From assembly GCF_964194155.1 (NCBI RefSeq), contig NC_135896.1, positions 79,422,001 to 79,486,000 on the forward strand: a DNA stretch of 64,000 bases, read 5' to 3'. Each line of letters opens with the position of its first letter. Within the stretch, counting starts at the first letter, position 1. Positions 1-12,583 of this stretch are shown piece by piece. The stretch is from Cetorhinus maximus. Taxonomy: Eukaryota. The position numbers and the translations under genes are program-made. The notes under the pieces are model-generated. The model did not search any database. It was not told the DNA's origin and worked only from the letters and a program-made list of their open reading frames with translations.

Positions 1-904
1 AAGGGGTCAGAATTGAAGGTTTGTAGGTCTGGAAACGTTTGTGGAGATAAGGTGGGATGATATCAGAGTGATACTGACTGTAGTCCTGAGCTCAGCCTGT
101 CTTTCTATCTCCATGGATCAGATATCTTGAAGTGTGCATTACTTGGGGAACAGAAAGAGACTCTAAGTGGCCAGGAATCCCATAATAACAGTATGTTTAG
201 CTATTATTGTTTTGAGGTGATGCAGAGTTCTGTCCTGACAATGTTCTCAAGGGAATCTAGCTCTACTTATTTTTCGATGGACTTCGTTGGGTGACTGCCT
301 ATATCCAGTTGTTTATCACTCGTCTTCTGCTGGCATTTTAGGCTTTAACCTTGACTATTTGCCTCATGCTCAGTACCATACACCACTTTCATTGGTGATC
401 CCTCACTCTCCACAACTGGACTGTCATTCGACTCATCAAATATTTGGGTGTTTTAATAAGTGTCAATGCCAGACAGAAACTTGTGACTGTATTTGGCTTT
501 CTGAATCTATCACAGGCTGCAACATAATCACCTGAACTTTAGAAGATGGTAGAATAAACTATCAAGCCATGATTTAGGCAATCAACTATCAAATGGTTTG
601 TGAATTTTCAATTATATACAACATCTTGCATATACTCTTGTTCAGAATACAGAAAATAAAATAAAAATGAACCTTTGCACTAAAGTTGGATCTGAAACAA
701 GACCCCTGAAAATAAATTGAAGTGGATTTTATTGCTAGTTTTCCACAGACCCACTCACTTCTGAAAGGACAGCTGTCTAAAATATATTTTCTAACACTTT
801 TTAAGTTCAACTAGAGAACAAAGGAAATAAAGTATGTAATGTCCCTGATGTGTCATATTGTTAAGCATCCACAGGAGTTCACAGATAATGACTGATCTCC
901 AATA

Positions 905-2488
905 ACAGAGGAACATGGGAAGTAGAAGCAGGAGTAGGTCATTCAGCCCTTTGAACTTGCCCTGACATTCAACTAGATCATGGCTGATCTTCTACCTCAA
1001 CGCCATTTTCCTGCACTATCCCCATATCCCTTAGTATCTTTAATATCTAGAAACCTATTGATCTCGGTCTTGAATATACGCAATGACTGAGCCTGCACAG
1101 CCCTCTGGGGCAGACAATTCCAAAGATTCACCGCCCTCTGAATGAAAAAATATATCCTTATCTCAGTTCCAAATGGCCTACCTCTTATTCCGAGACTGTG
1201 TTCCCTGGCTCTAGATCCCCCCCAGACAGGGGAAATATCCTTCCTGCATATACCCTGTCAAGCCATGTAGGAATTTTGTATGCTTCAATGAAATCACCTT
1301 TCATTCTTCATAACTCTAGAGAATATAGACCCAGTCTCCTCAATCTCTCATCATAGGACAATTCCACCATCCAAGGGATTAATCTGGTGAGCTTGTTGCA
1401 CTTCCTCTAAGACAAATATATCCTTCCTGAGGGAAGGAGACCAAAACTGTGCACAACACTATAGGTGCGCTGTCACCAAGGCCCTATACAATTGCAGCAA
1501 GATTTCTTTACTCCAGTACTCAAATTTTCTTGCAAAGGTCAACATAACATTGCATTCCTGATTACTTGCTGCACCTTCATGTTAGCTTTCAGTGATTTAT
1601 GAAGAAGGACATCCAGATCCCTTTGGACATCAACATTTTCTAATCTCTCACCATATAAGAAATACTCTGCATTTTTGTTTTTCCTACTAAGATGGATGGC
1701 ATCACATTTTTCCACATTATATTCCATCTGCCATATTCTTGCTCACTCACTTAGCCTGTCTAAATTCCCTTGAAGTCTCTTTGCATTCCCCTCACAACTC
1801 ACATTCCTGCTTAGTTTTGTGTCTTCAGCAAACTTGGAAATTTTACATTTGGTCTCCACATCTAAATCATTGATATAGATTCTGAATAATTGGGGCCCAA
1901 GCACTGATCCTTGTGGTACCCCACTAGTCACAACTTGCCAACCTGAGAATGACCCGTTTATTCCTACTCTCTGTTTTCTGTCCGTGAACCAATTCTCAAT
2001 CTATGCCAGTATATTACCTGCAATCCCATGTGCTCTAATTTTGCTTACTAACCTCTTGTGTGGGACCTTATCGAAAGTCTTCTTAAAATCCAAATACACC
2101 ACATCCACTGGTTCCCCCTTAGCTATTCTGCTGGTTACATCCACAAAAAACTCCAACAGATTTGTCAAACATGATTTACCTTTCATAAATCCATGTTGAC
2201 TCTGCCCAATCCTACCATTTATTTCTAAGTGTCCTGTTATCACATTCTTTATAATAGATTCTAGCATTTTCCCCACGACTGATGTAAGGCTAACAGTTCT
2301 GTTATTCCGTTTTCTCTCTCCCTCCTTTCTTAAATAGCGGGGTTACATTTGGCACCTTCCAATCTGCAGGAACTATTCCCGAATCTATAGAATTTTGGAA
2401 GATGACCAGCAATGCATCCACTATCTCTGCACCTCTTTCAAGGGATGTGCACAATCAAATCCAGGGGATTTATTAACTTTCAGTCCAA
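905..2488 (-). mobile_element. CR1 LINE, decayed RT and 3' end
   Basis: Minus-strand ORF fragments carry CR1 RT motifs (QHGFMKGKSCLTNLLEFF, YLDFKKTFDKVPH, SGVPQGSVLGP, KFAEDTKL). CR1 3' tail near 905-960. Confidence 0.92.
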
Positions 2489-2655
2489 TCTTTATAGTGT
2501 TTAATTAATTGTTTTGCTGATTATATTTTAATTAATGTCTCTAGTCCTGCCTGTGCTTATATCCTTATTTCAATAAATGTCCTACTTACCCCGATTAAAA
2601 TTCCCTAGTTAAGGTAAATTGGGGATACTCACCAGCCAACCTAATAACCAACCTA

Positions 2656-3160
2656 TGTGTTGGAAGCAGTTCAGAGAAGGTTTACAAGACTAATACCTGG
2701 AATTGGTGGGTTGTCTTATGAGGAAAGGTTGGACAGACTAGGCTTGTATCCTTTGGAGTTTAGAAGAGTAAGAGGCAACTTAATTGAAACATATAAGATC
2801 CTGAGGGGCCTTGACAGGGTGGATGTGGAGAGGATGTTTCCTCTTGTGGAAGAATCTAGAACTAAGGGTCACTGTTTAAAAATGAGGGGTCGCCCATTTA
2901 AAACAGAGATGAGGTGAAACTTTTTCACTCAGAGGATCGTGAGTCTTTGGAACTCTCTTCCTGAAAAGGCGGTGGAAGTAGAGTCTTTGAATATTTTTAA
3001 GGCAGAGATGGATAGATTCTTGGCAAGCAAGGAGGTGATAGGTTATCAGCGATAGGTGGGATGCAGATTTCAGGTTACTATCAGATCAGCCATCATCTTA
3101 TTAAATGGCAGAGCAGGTTCGAGGGGTTGAATGGCCTACTCCTGCTCTACGTTCGTATGT
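2656..3160 (+). mobile_element. 5'-truncated CR1 3' fragment
   Basis: ORF LEAVQRRFTRLIPG...YEERLDRLGLY...RRVRGNLIETYKI plus 3' tail ending cctactcctgctctacgttcgtatgt. Confidence 0.9.
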
Positions 3161-3344
3161 GCTATTAATAAACCTTACTACTAATTCAACCTTACAAATA
3201 CTAAAATTACCCAAGTTTTGAAAGATAAATGAGAAAAATACTCACCAGCCAATCAACTACCTGTTTTCCTGTGATGTCACACTTTGATTTTTCTCAGAAC
3301 GCAGGATTGGATAGCTCTTCTAGGTATAGTTTACTGTCCACAGG

Positions 3345-3700
3345 CCCTCGTTTCTCCCACTCTTTTTAGGTGCTTCTGTCTGTCTCCGGGTTCTCCTCAT
3401 TTAGGTGCTGCTGTCTAGCTCCAGGTCCTTCTCTCGTCTGTTCATTTAGGTGCTGCTGAATGTCCCTGGGTCCTCCACTCTCCTCTTTTAGGTGCTGCTG
3501 TTTGTTCCTGGGCCCTCCTCTCTCCTGCTATTTTAGGTGCTGCTGTTTGTCCCTGGGTCCTCCTCTCTCCTCCTCATTTAGGTGCTGCTGTTTGTCCCTG
3601 GGTCCTCCTCTCTCCTCCTCATTGAGGTGCTGCTGTCTATCTCCGGGTCCTCTCGCCTGCTCATTTCAGTGCTGCTGCTTGCCTCCGGGCCCTCCTCCCT
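3345..3700. repeat. Tandem array of about 8 units, mostly 42-45 bp
   Basis: Unit ggtgctgctgtttgtccctgggtcctcctctctcctcctcattta. Unit starts at about 3369, 3404, 3449, 3491, 3536, 3581, 3626, 3668. Confidence 0.9.
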
Positions 3701-4741
3701 CCATAGTCTCTAAAGGGATAAGTCAGGAACCCAGAATTAACTCTGGATTTAAACAGCTCACCCAAAATTTACACAAACATGGTTGATAAAAATGCTCAAG
3801 TGGACCTCCGCATCCCTATTAACTGCTGCAATTGTCCAGTAGCCACCTAGTTTTGCAGGCCTCTTTGAACATGCAGTTAAAAAAGTTGCAAATTAAGGCA
3901 TTTACAGGCTAACGGTCTCCCTGTGTCCCATGCCAGCCATATTGTCTGCCCCTAGGCTGTTCAAACAGACTGTGCCATTTTTTAAAGCTTGATTTTAGTC
4001 CATTAATACCCCAAGGAAAAAACAGAACAAGGAAGAATATAACGCACAATATAACCATGGATAAAATGTTGTATTTTGCAACATTGAGGCGATGACCTCT
4101 TGAAAATGGGTTCCTGTAACCTCTTTATCTCCCATATTTGACAGAATGTGTTGTGCTGCTTTTCCAGTAACTGATCCTGAGCGAAAGCAGCTGGACACAA
4201 TTCCTGCAAGTGTGTTCTGTTTGGATGTTCAACCACCAAGGATTCCTCAGCAAGATTTGCTCAACATGGATTGCAACTGCCCTATTATAACCCATAATAA
4301 AATAAAATAAAATTAGAATAGGCAGCATTAAAGACATATCGTTATTTTAACCATAAACAATATAGTGATATATTCCAATTAAAATATCTCTCCAATCAGA
4401 TGACTATTCCATTTTACATGCTGATTAGGGTGATAAATTTCTATCATTGGTGTGGAAGTTGTTAATGAGCAGTCAAATGAATTAGCTCAAAGTTAGGAAG
4501 ACAAATTACACTTCGGCTGCCATTGTCCCAGTAAGTATTTGGGTAAGTTTAATGTAAAAAAACAGTGCCAACTAGATGTGTAGTCTCGCTGTCCTTAATA
4601 TCAGACTGAATAACTGGGAAGTGATCAACTACCAACAGTCTTTCCAGCATTAATTCTGACAGAAGGTCAGAATGTCTCCTATTTGCTGAGCTGCCAGCTA
4701 TTGAATCTGTGTCATCGCACCAGGGCTGATCCCCAGAAAAT

Positions 4742-6405
4742 AACATAAGAAATAGGAGCAGGTGTAGGCCATTCGGCCCCTCAAGCCTGCCCCACCATTC
4801 AATAAGACCATGGCTAATCTGCCCCAGGCCTCAACTCCTCTTTCATGCCAGCTCCTCATAGCCTTCAACTCCCCAATATTTCAAAAATCTATCTACCTCC
4901 TCTTTAAATACTTTCTGTGATCTCGCCTCCACAACTCTCTGAGGTAGAGAATTCCAGACATTCACCACCCTCTGAGAGAAGAAACTCCTTCACATCTCAG
5001 TTTTAAATGCATGTCCCCTTATTCTGTAATTATATCCCCTAGTTCGAGATTCCCTCACTAGCAGAAACATCTTCTCAACATCTGCCCTGTCAAGCCCCCT
5101 CAGAATCTTGTACATTTCAATAAGATCACCCCTCATTCTTCTAAACCCTAATGAATAAAGGCCTAACCTGTTTAGCTTTCTTGATAAATCAACTCCTTCA
5201 TCCCAGGAATCAGCCTAGTGAATCTCTTTTGAACTGCCTCCAATGTCAGTATATCCTTTCTTAAATATGGGGACCAAAACTGTACACAGTACTCCAGGTG
5301 CAGCCTCACCAACACACTGTACAATTGTAACAAGACTCCCCTATTTTTAAACTCCAACCCCCTAGCAATACAGGCCAAAATTCCATTTGCCTTCTTGATT
5401 ACTAGCTGCACCTGCATGCTAACTTTTTGTGTTTCATGCACAAGAACACCCAGATCCTTCTGTGCAGCACTTTTTTGGAGTCTCTCTCCATTTAAATAAA
5501 AGTCTGCCTTTTGATTTTTCCTACCAAAGTGCATGACCTCACACTTTCCTACATTAAACTCCATCTGCCAAGTTTTTGCACATTCACTCAACCTGTCTGT
5601 ATCCCCTTGCAGATTCCTTATGCCCTCATCATAACATGCCCTCCCACCTATTCTTGTATTGTCAGCCAATTTGGATACATTACACTCTGCCCCCTCCATA
5701 TTCATTAATATAGATAGTAAATAATTGAAGCCCTGGGACTGATCCTTGTGGCACTCCACTAGTTACATCTTTCCAACTTGAAAAAGACCCATTAATCCTG
5801 ACTCTCTGTCTTCTGTGTGTTAACCAATCCTCAATCCATGCTAATATATTACACCCCAATACCGTGAGTTCTTACCTTGTGCAATAATCTTTTTATGTGG
5901 CACCTAATCGAATGCCTTCTGGAAATCCAAATACACTACAACTACTGGTTCCCCTTTATCAACTCTGCTTGTTGTATCATCAAAGAACTCCAGAAAATTT
6001 GTCAAACATGATTACCCTTTCACAAAACCATGTTGACTCTGTTTGATAGTGTTAAGCTTTTCTAAATGTCCTGCTATTTCTTCCTTAATAATGGACTCTA
6101 GCATTTTCCCAATGACAGATGTTAGGCTGACTGGCCTATAGTTTCCTGCTTTTTGTCCCCCTCCCTTCTTGAACAGGGGCATCACATTAGCAGTTTTCTA
6201 TTCTGCTGGGACCCTCCTGGAATCCAGTGAGTCCTGGAATATTTTAACCAATGCCCCCACTACCTCTGTAGCCACTTCCTTTAAAACCCTTGGGTGCAGG
6301 CCATTAGGTTCTGGCGACTTCTCTGCCTTTAGTCCCATTAGTTTCTCAAATACTTTGTCCCTCGTTGATAGAGACTGTTACAAGATTTTTCTTCCCATTA
6401 GCTCC
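4742..6405 (-). mobile_element. CR1 LINE fragment (RT and 3' end)
   Basis: ORF 5172-5759 has WQMEFNVGKCEVMHFG and LEYCVQFWSPYLRKD. The 3' tail reads aacataagaaataggagcagg at 4742. Confidence 0.92.
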
Positions 6406-6702
6406 TCACTCAGGGAGTGCAAGTGGGGAAATTGCAGACCTGCTGTGTGTGGTTTTCCAACCATTAATTTAATAAGACAGAAACACGGGCGCTGCAAGCG
6501 CACAATCCTCTCCACCAGCAGTGCACCCTGTGTGCTCCTCACAGGGAACATCCCTTCAGGAGATTAGTCTTATAATGTGTAAATACAGAAAAAGACCCTT
6601 GTGATGCTCATATAGATACAAGAAAGATTGTGCATCTAAACACATGTATTTTTTGTTATTTCAATGAGCATGATTGAAAATAAATTCCTGCAAATCATGT
6701 GG

Positions 6703-7744
6703 TGTTATGGACAGGAGGGGGGTTAATTTCTTCTCTCACCACCTATCCGTAAACAGAAAGGTGTTTTGATTTGTTTCCTTCTTTATAAGCGGTAGCATAT
6801 TTCCCTATCCCTCAGTTTTGGTGTGATTCAATTTTCTATTAACCCCACAGCAAACTTGAGATAGGATGAACTCAAAGGGTTAGTTTATTTGCACACACTC
6901 AAAACGCAGAAAGGAGAGTTGGAACATCACCCCTCGCATTCAATACAGTAGAAGAGGGATAGAGAGAAGAAGGTTTTACAATATGGAGAAAATAAATATT
7001 ATTTCACATGGGTTCCAGAATTCAGAATCAAAGCCCAATGAAGTATTCCTTCACAGAGGTCAACAGGCTGAAATCCAATGCTGCATAATTCACTTTTCCG
7101 GTGGTGCTGACTTCGCAAGATGAGATATATAAGCAGGGATGAATCAGTGTTGTAGGCGATGGTACAGAATTTCTAGCAGAAGCAGTGTAGATGGGGGCTA
7201 GGAGTTCCATTTGGGCAGAGCTCCTTGTCTCTGAGGCTAATAGCCAGATGATAAAGAGCAGACTGAGCTATTCAGCTCAGCAATGCAATATTAACTTGTT
7301 CAATAAGCCAGAAGTCTGTGTCACATGACCCCCACCTCTCCACACGGTTTACAACAAAGGATGTGTAACCATCATTTGGAATGCAACTGGGTTTCAAAGA
7401 TTGCTAAATGTCTCAGCCATTACGAATTGAAAGAAAGGTTGCGGGACCTTTTGTCTTAGCAGACCATCAGTTTTCTTCTGGCTAGCCTGGGTTATTAAAT
7501 GCAGATGACCTTTGTATAACTCTCTTTGAAGTTGGGCTGTACAGGTGGTTGTCAGTGGCTCCTCAGAGATAACGAATTGTGAATTTCCTTCAAACTGCAA
7601 TGAGGCTTCTTTTGTTCAGAGGTCACAGACATAGGTTCAGCCATTTGAAGGGTCTTTGTTCAGTTTTAAAATTTACAAAATAGCAATGAGGATATCTATA
7701 AATATTTTATAAAAACTTACAAGCTGAGATCTTAGCCGCTCACA
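6703..7744 (-). mobile_element. Probable solo LTR (Gypsy-type)
   Basis: Termini TGT...ACA, near-matching 4-bp flanks gtgg/gtag, minus-strand AATAAA near 6885, no coding content. Confidence 0.5.
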
Positions 7745-7948
7745 GTAGTGTTATATCTCAATAAAAGCCTTTTCTGATGAGTTTGGAGATAGAATTGAAC
7801 CAGCATTTCTGGGAAGAGTACGCATCCCATTATTTAATTTCTGGGAAGTAACAAATAAGATGATGGAAAGGATTGAAAATTGAGATTAGAAAAAAAGTAC
7901 TTACAATCACATTGTTGTTACATTTTCATTGGAAATGGTTTGCAGCCT

Positions 7949-10900
7949 TTTTTTTATTATTCATTCTCAGGAAGTGGGCTTCACTGGCTGGGCCAGCATT
8001 TAATGCCCATCTCTAGTTGCCCTTGAGAAGGTGGTGATGAGCTGCCTTCTTGAACGCTGCAGTCCATGTGGTGTAGGTACACCCACAGTGCTGTTAGGAA
8101 GGGAGTTCCAGGATTTTGACCCAGCGACAGTGAAGGAACGGTGATATATTTCCAAGTCAGGATGGTGAGTCACTTGGAGGGGATCCTCCAGATGGTGGTG
8201 TTCCCATCTATCTCTTGCCGTTGTCCTTCAAGATGGTCGTGGTCATGGGTTTGGAAGGTGCTCTCTAAAGAGCCTTGGTGGTTCCTGCAGTGCATCTTGT
8301 AGATGGTACACACTGCTGCTACTGTGCACCGGTGTGGAGAGAGTGAATGTTTGTGGATGTGGTGTCAATCAAGAAGGCTACTTTGTCCTGGACAGTGTCA
8401 AGCTTCTTGAGTGTTGTGGAAGCTGCATTCATCCAGGCAAGTGGGGAGTATTCCATCACACTCCTGACTTGTGCCTTATAGATGATGGACAGGCTTTGGG
8501 GAGTCAGGAGGTGAGTTACTCATTGCACGGTTTCTAGCCTCTGACCTGCTCTTGTAGCTACAGTATTTATATGGCTAGTCCAGTTCAGTTCCTGGTCAAC
8601 GGTAACCCCAAGGATGTTGATAGTGGGGTATTCAGTGATGGTAATGCCATTGAACATCAAAGGGCAATGGTTAGATTCTCCCTTGTTGGAGATGGTCATT
8701 ACCTGACATTTGTGTGGAATGTTACTTGCCATTTGTCAGCCTAAGCCTGGATATTGTCTAGGTCTTGCTGCATTTGGAAATGGACTGCTTCAGTATCTGA
8801 GGTGTTGCGAATGGTGCTGAACGTTGTGCAATCATCAGCGAACATCCTCACTTCTGACCTTATGATGGAAGGAAGGTAATTGATGAAGCAGCTGAAGATG
8901 GTGGGACGGGAACACTATCCTGAAGAACTCCTGCAGTGATGTCCTGGAGCTGAGATGACTGACCTCCAGCAACCACAACCATCTTCCTTTGTACTAGGTG
9001 TGACTCCAACCAGCGGAGAGTTTTCCTCCTGATTCCCATTGACTCCAGTTTTGCCCGGGCTCTTTGATGCCACACTCTGTCAAATGCTGCCTTGATGTCA
9101 AGGGCGGTCACTCTCACCTCACCTCGGGAGTTCAACTCTTTTGTCCATATTTGACCAAAGGCTGTAATAAGGTCAGGAGCTGAGTGGCCATGGCAGAACC
9201 CAAACTGGGCATCAGTGAGCAGGTTATTGCTAAGCAAGTGCCGCTTGATAGCACTGTTGATGACATCTTCCATTATTTTACTGATGGAGAGTAGACTGAC
9301 AAGGCAGTAATTGGTTGGGTTAGATTTGTCCTGCTTTTTGTGTACAGGACATACCTGGGCAATTTCCATATAGCTGGGTAGATGCCAGTGTTGTAGCTGT
9401 ACTGGACAGCTTGGCTAGGGGTGCAGCAAGTTCTGGAGCACAAGTCTTCAATACTATTGCCGGAATATTGTCAGAGCCCATAGCCTTTGCAGTATCCAGT
9501 GCCTTCAGCCATTTTGTGATATCACATGGAGTTAATTGAATTGGCTGAAGATTGGCATCTGTGATGCTGGGGACCTCCAGAGGAGGTCAGCTGAAGATTG
9601 TAGCAAGTGCTTCAGCCTTATCTTTTGTAGTAATGTGCTGGGCTCCTCCATCATTGAGGATGAGGATAGTTGTGGAGCCTCCTCCTCCAGTGAGTTGTTT
9701 AGTTGTCCACCACCATTCACAACAGGATGTGGCAGGACTGCAGAGCTTACACCTGATCCGTTGATTGTGGGATCACTTAGCCCTGTCTATCACTTGCTGC
9801 TTATGCTATTTGGCATGCAAGTAGTCCTGTGCTTTAGCTTCACCAGGTTGATAGCTCATTTTTAGGTATGCCTGGTGCTGCTCCTGGCATGCCCTCCTGC
9901 ACTCTTCATTGAACCAGGGTTGATCCCCTGACTTGATGGTAATGGTAGAGTGGGGGTTATGCCAGGCCATGAGGTTACAGATTGTGTTCGAGTACAATTC
10001 TGCAGCTGTTGATGGCCCACAGCACCTCATGGATGCCCAGTCTTGAGTTGCTAGACCTGTTTGAAATCTATCCCATTTAGCACAGTGGTAGTGCCACACA
10101 ACACGATGGAGGGTATCCTCAATGTGAAGGCAGGACTTCGTCTCCACAATGACTGTGCGGTGGTCACTCCTGCCGATACTGTCATGGACAGATGCATCTG
10201 TGGCAGGCAGGTTGGTGAGGATGAGGTCAAGCATGTTTTTCCATTTTGTTGGTTCCCTCACCACCTGCCGCAGACCCAGTCTAGCAGCTATGTCATTTAG
10301 GACTTGGCCAGCTCGGTCAGTAGTGGTGCTGCCAAGCCACTGTTGGTGATGGACATTGAAGTCACCCACCCAGAGTACATTCTTTGCCCTTGCCACCCTC
10401 AGTGCTTCCTCCAAGTGGTGTTCAACATGAAGGAATACTGATTCATAAGCTGAGGGAGGGCACTACGTGGTAATCAGCAGGAGGTTTCCTTGCCCATGTT
10501 TGACCTGATGCCATGAGACTTCATGGAGTTCAGAGACAATGTTGAGGACTCCCAGAGCAATTCCCTCCCGACTGTATACCACTGTGCCGCCACCTCTGCT
10601 GGGTCTGTCCTGTCGATGGAACAGGACATACCCAGGGATGGTGAAGGTGGTGTCTGGGATATTATTTTTAAGGTATAATTCATGAGGCTGTTGCTTGACT
10701 AATCTGTGAGACAGATCTCTCAATATTGGCACTAGCCCCCAGATGTTAGTAAGGAGGACTTAGCAGGGTCGATAGGGCTGAGATTGCTGTTGTTGTTTCT
10801 GCTGCCTCAATCGATGCCGGATGGCCCATCCAGTTTCATTCCTTTTTTGTGACTTTGTAGCAGTTTGGTACAACTGAGTGGCTTGCTAGGCCATGTCAGA

Positions 10901-11129
10901 GGGCAGTTAAGAGTCAATCACATTGCTGTGGGTCTGGAGTCACGTGTAGGGAGACCAGGTAAGGACGACAGATCTCCTTCCTCCATGGTCATCATTAGAC
11001 ATGACCATCATTAGACGTTTAATTCCAGTTTTTTATTGAATTTAAATTCCACCATCTGACTTGGCGGGATTTGAACCCTGGGTCTCTGCATTACTAGTCC
11101 AGTGACAATACCACTACGTCATTGCCTGC
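7949..11129 (-). mobile_element. Apparently full-length CR1-group LINE with tRNA-like head and a single decayed EN-RT ORF
   Basis: APE motifs (TNIWGL, WVGDFNVHH, LDLILTN, SDH) and RT motifs (DIKAAFDRVWH, MFADDCT). A-rich 3' tail at 7949. Flanking 9-bp near-TSD ttgcagcct (7940-7948) and ttgaagcct (11130-11138). Confidence 0.9.
11067..11121 (-). promoter_or_regulatory. Pol III internal promoter (A box and B box) at the LINE 5' end
   Basis: Minus strand: A box TGACGTAGTGG (11111-11121) and B box GGTTCAAATCC (11067-11077). Confidence 0.7.
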
Positions 11130-11474
11130 TTGAAGCCTGTTGAAACTACCAAAAGTGTTGATCCCACCGGGTATTCCATGGAATAAAGGATGAGATATAT
11201 CAGCCTTGGCAGATTTCAACTTTTTTTGCCTATAAAATAGACGGTGCCATAATCTTTATGTCAACAACAAAGAGACTCTTGAAGTGCAGGCAGACATGGG
11301 CCCTCGAGATGGAAGTCCAATAAGGCAGTAAGGGAAAGGAAATGTTTCCATTAGATCCCCAGTGCACTATTGTATAACTCAGTAAGAGGTGTCTCGTGCT
11401 AGTATATGGTATGGTTTCGCATCCTTTGGACTAGCAACAATTCTAACTTTTAAGCTGCCTGGTTTGTCCCTTGG

Positions 11475-11650
11475 AGGGTAGTGTTGCAACACTAGTATGC
11501 GAGGCCTGGAGTAATAACCCAGAGAACATATGTTCAAATTGCACCCTGGCAATTTGAGAATTTGAATTCAGTCAAATAAAATATCTGGAAATAGATAATA
11601 GTATCACTAATTGTGGACATGAAGTTGTTGGATTGTCATAAAAACCCATA
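11475..11650 (+). mobile_element. Old diverged head of the same tRNA-derived SINE/LINE family
   Basis: gttcaaattgcacc...gaatttgaattcag...aaatatctggaa...aaaacccat aligns by eye with 62270-62390. Confidence 0.5.
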
Positions 11651-12583
11651 TAAAAATAAAAAGTGTTTATGGGTTGAAAGTCTGTTTCCTGCAAAAATCC
11701 TGTGTGAAATAAATTTGGTAGTCTGAATCCAGTGCCTGAGGGCATAAACCCAACACAAAACTATTCTAATTGGCAATCTTGCATGGGGGATTAGCAAGGA
11801 TAGCATTTATTATCCTGTAGTTCTTGGGTACAACTCCTTTATGTATGCAACACCATTAATCAGAAATTCTTCAATTTTTTGAGGATTGAAACACAATTGG
11901 ATTGTAACTATTTAGTTATGTTGTTAAACTGTATATCTGCATTTGAATTCTGAGATAAAAGACTGAATTGAGAATTTGTCTGTAGTTGTAGTTTCTTCAA
12001 CTTAGATGTAAAACAGAAAAGGTAGTGTAAGAAATAGCAATGAAAAGACTTAATAAAATTTGAAAAGGGTCCAATGCAGGATCTCTGCCACTGGCATATC
12101 TGGGCCATCCATTTTGGATGTTATTGATTTTAATTCTTTATCCCTGATCAGTTGTCATCTTGGCCCTATTGGTAGCACTTCATCTTCTGAATAGGAGGTT
12201 GTAATTAAAGCCACATTCCATGACTTGAAATCATCGTCCACACTAATGGAGCTCTCCCAGTGTCGATCGGGCCCCCTTGGCTGAGTTCACAACCCTGTGA
12301 AAGGTCGGAGGGCCATTGAAGCCTGCTCTCCGTGCCCCTATGCTGGAGTCACAAGGCTGAAGCGGTAATGGCCAAAATCATTCCTGTGGCGGGGATCCTT
12401 CTCCACACTGGCCCTAATATTTCTGCCCCTTCCTTGTAATGGAAGCTCCTGCAGCCTTTAGATAGCATCTCAATTTTGAGGCCTGATATGGAGTGTTTGA
12501 TTGTAGAGGGACTTTTGACAATGGGTGCCTGAAATGGGAAGAGTTCCATCCCCAGCACCTGTTTTCTGTTTTTATATCTCATA

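Larger units (their letters stand above)
2489..3715 (-). mobile_element. Probable 5' UTR of the same CR1, interrupted by a younger CR1
   Basis: Contiguous with the RT fragment. The minus strand has gtgacatcacaggaaaacaggtagttgattggctggtgagta, further donor-like gtgagta/gtaagta sites, and a terminal tandem array. Assignment as CR1 5' UTR is an inference. Confidence 0.55.

Noticed and set aside
3345-3700. Regularly spaced repeats resembling a CRISPR array
   Set aside because: Whole units repeat with no unique spacers, there are no cas genes, and the context is vertebrate.
3460-3786. 108-aa Cys/Pro/Ser-rich ORF (RCCCLSLGPPLSSSF repeats)
   Set aside because: It is the translation of the 42-45 bp tandem array. 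There is no splice or family evidence.
4145-4320. Acceptor-like site followed by a 54-codon frame and AATAAA (possible alternative last exon)
   Set aside because: No recognisable homology. In phase 0 it stops after 9 codons, and the AATAAA lies in a simple (AAAAT)n run.
11060-11129. Possible tRNA gene (also at 62204-62285 and 63700-63760)
   Set aside because: A/B boxes are present, but I see no convincing cloverleaf and each continues into a repeat body.
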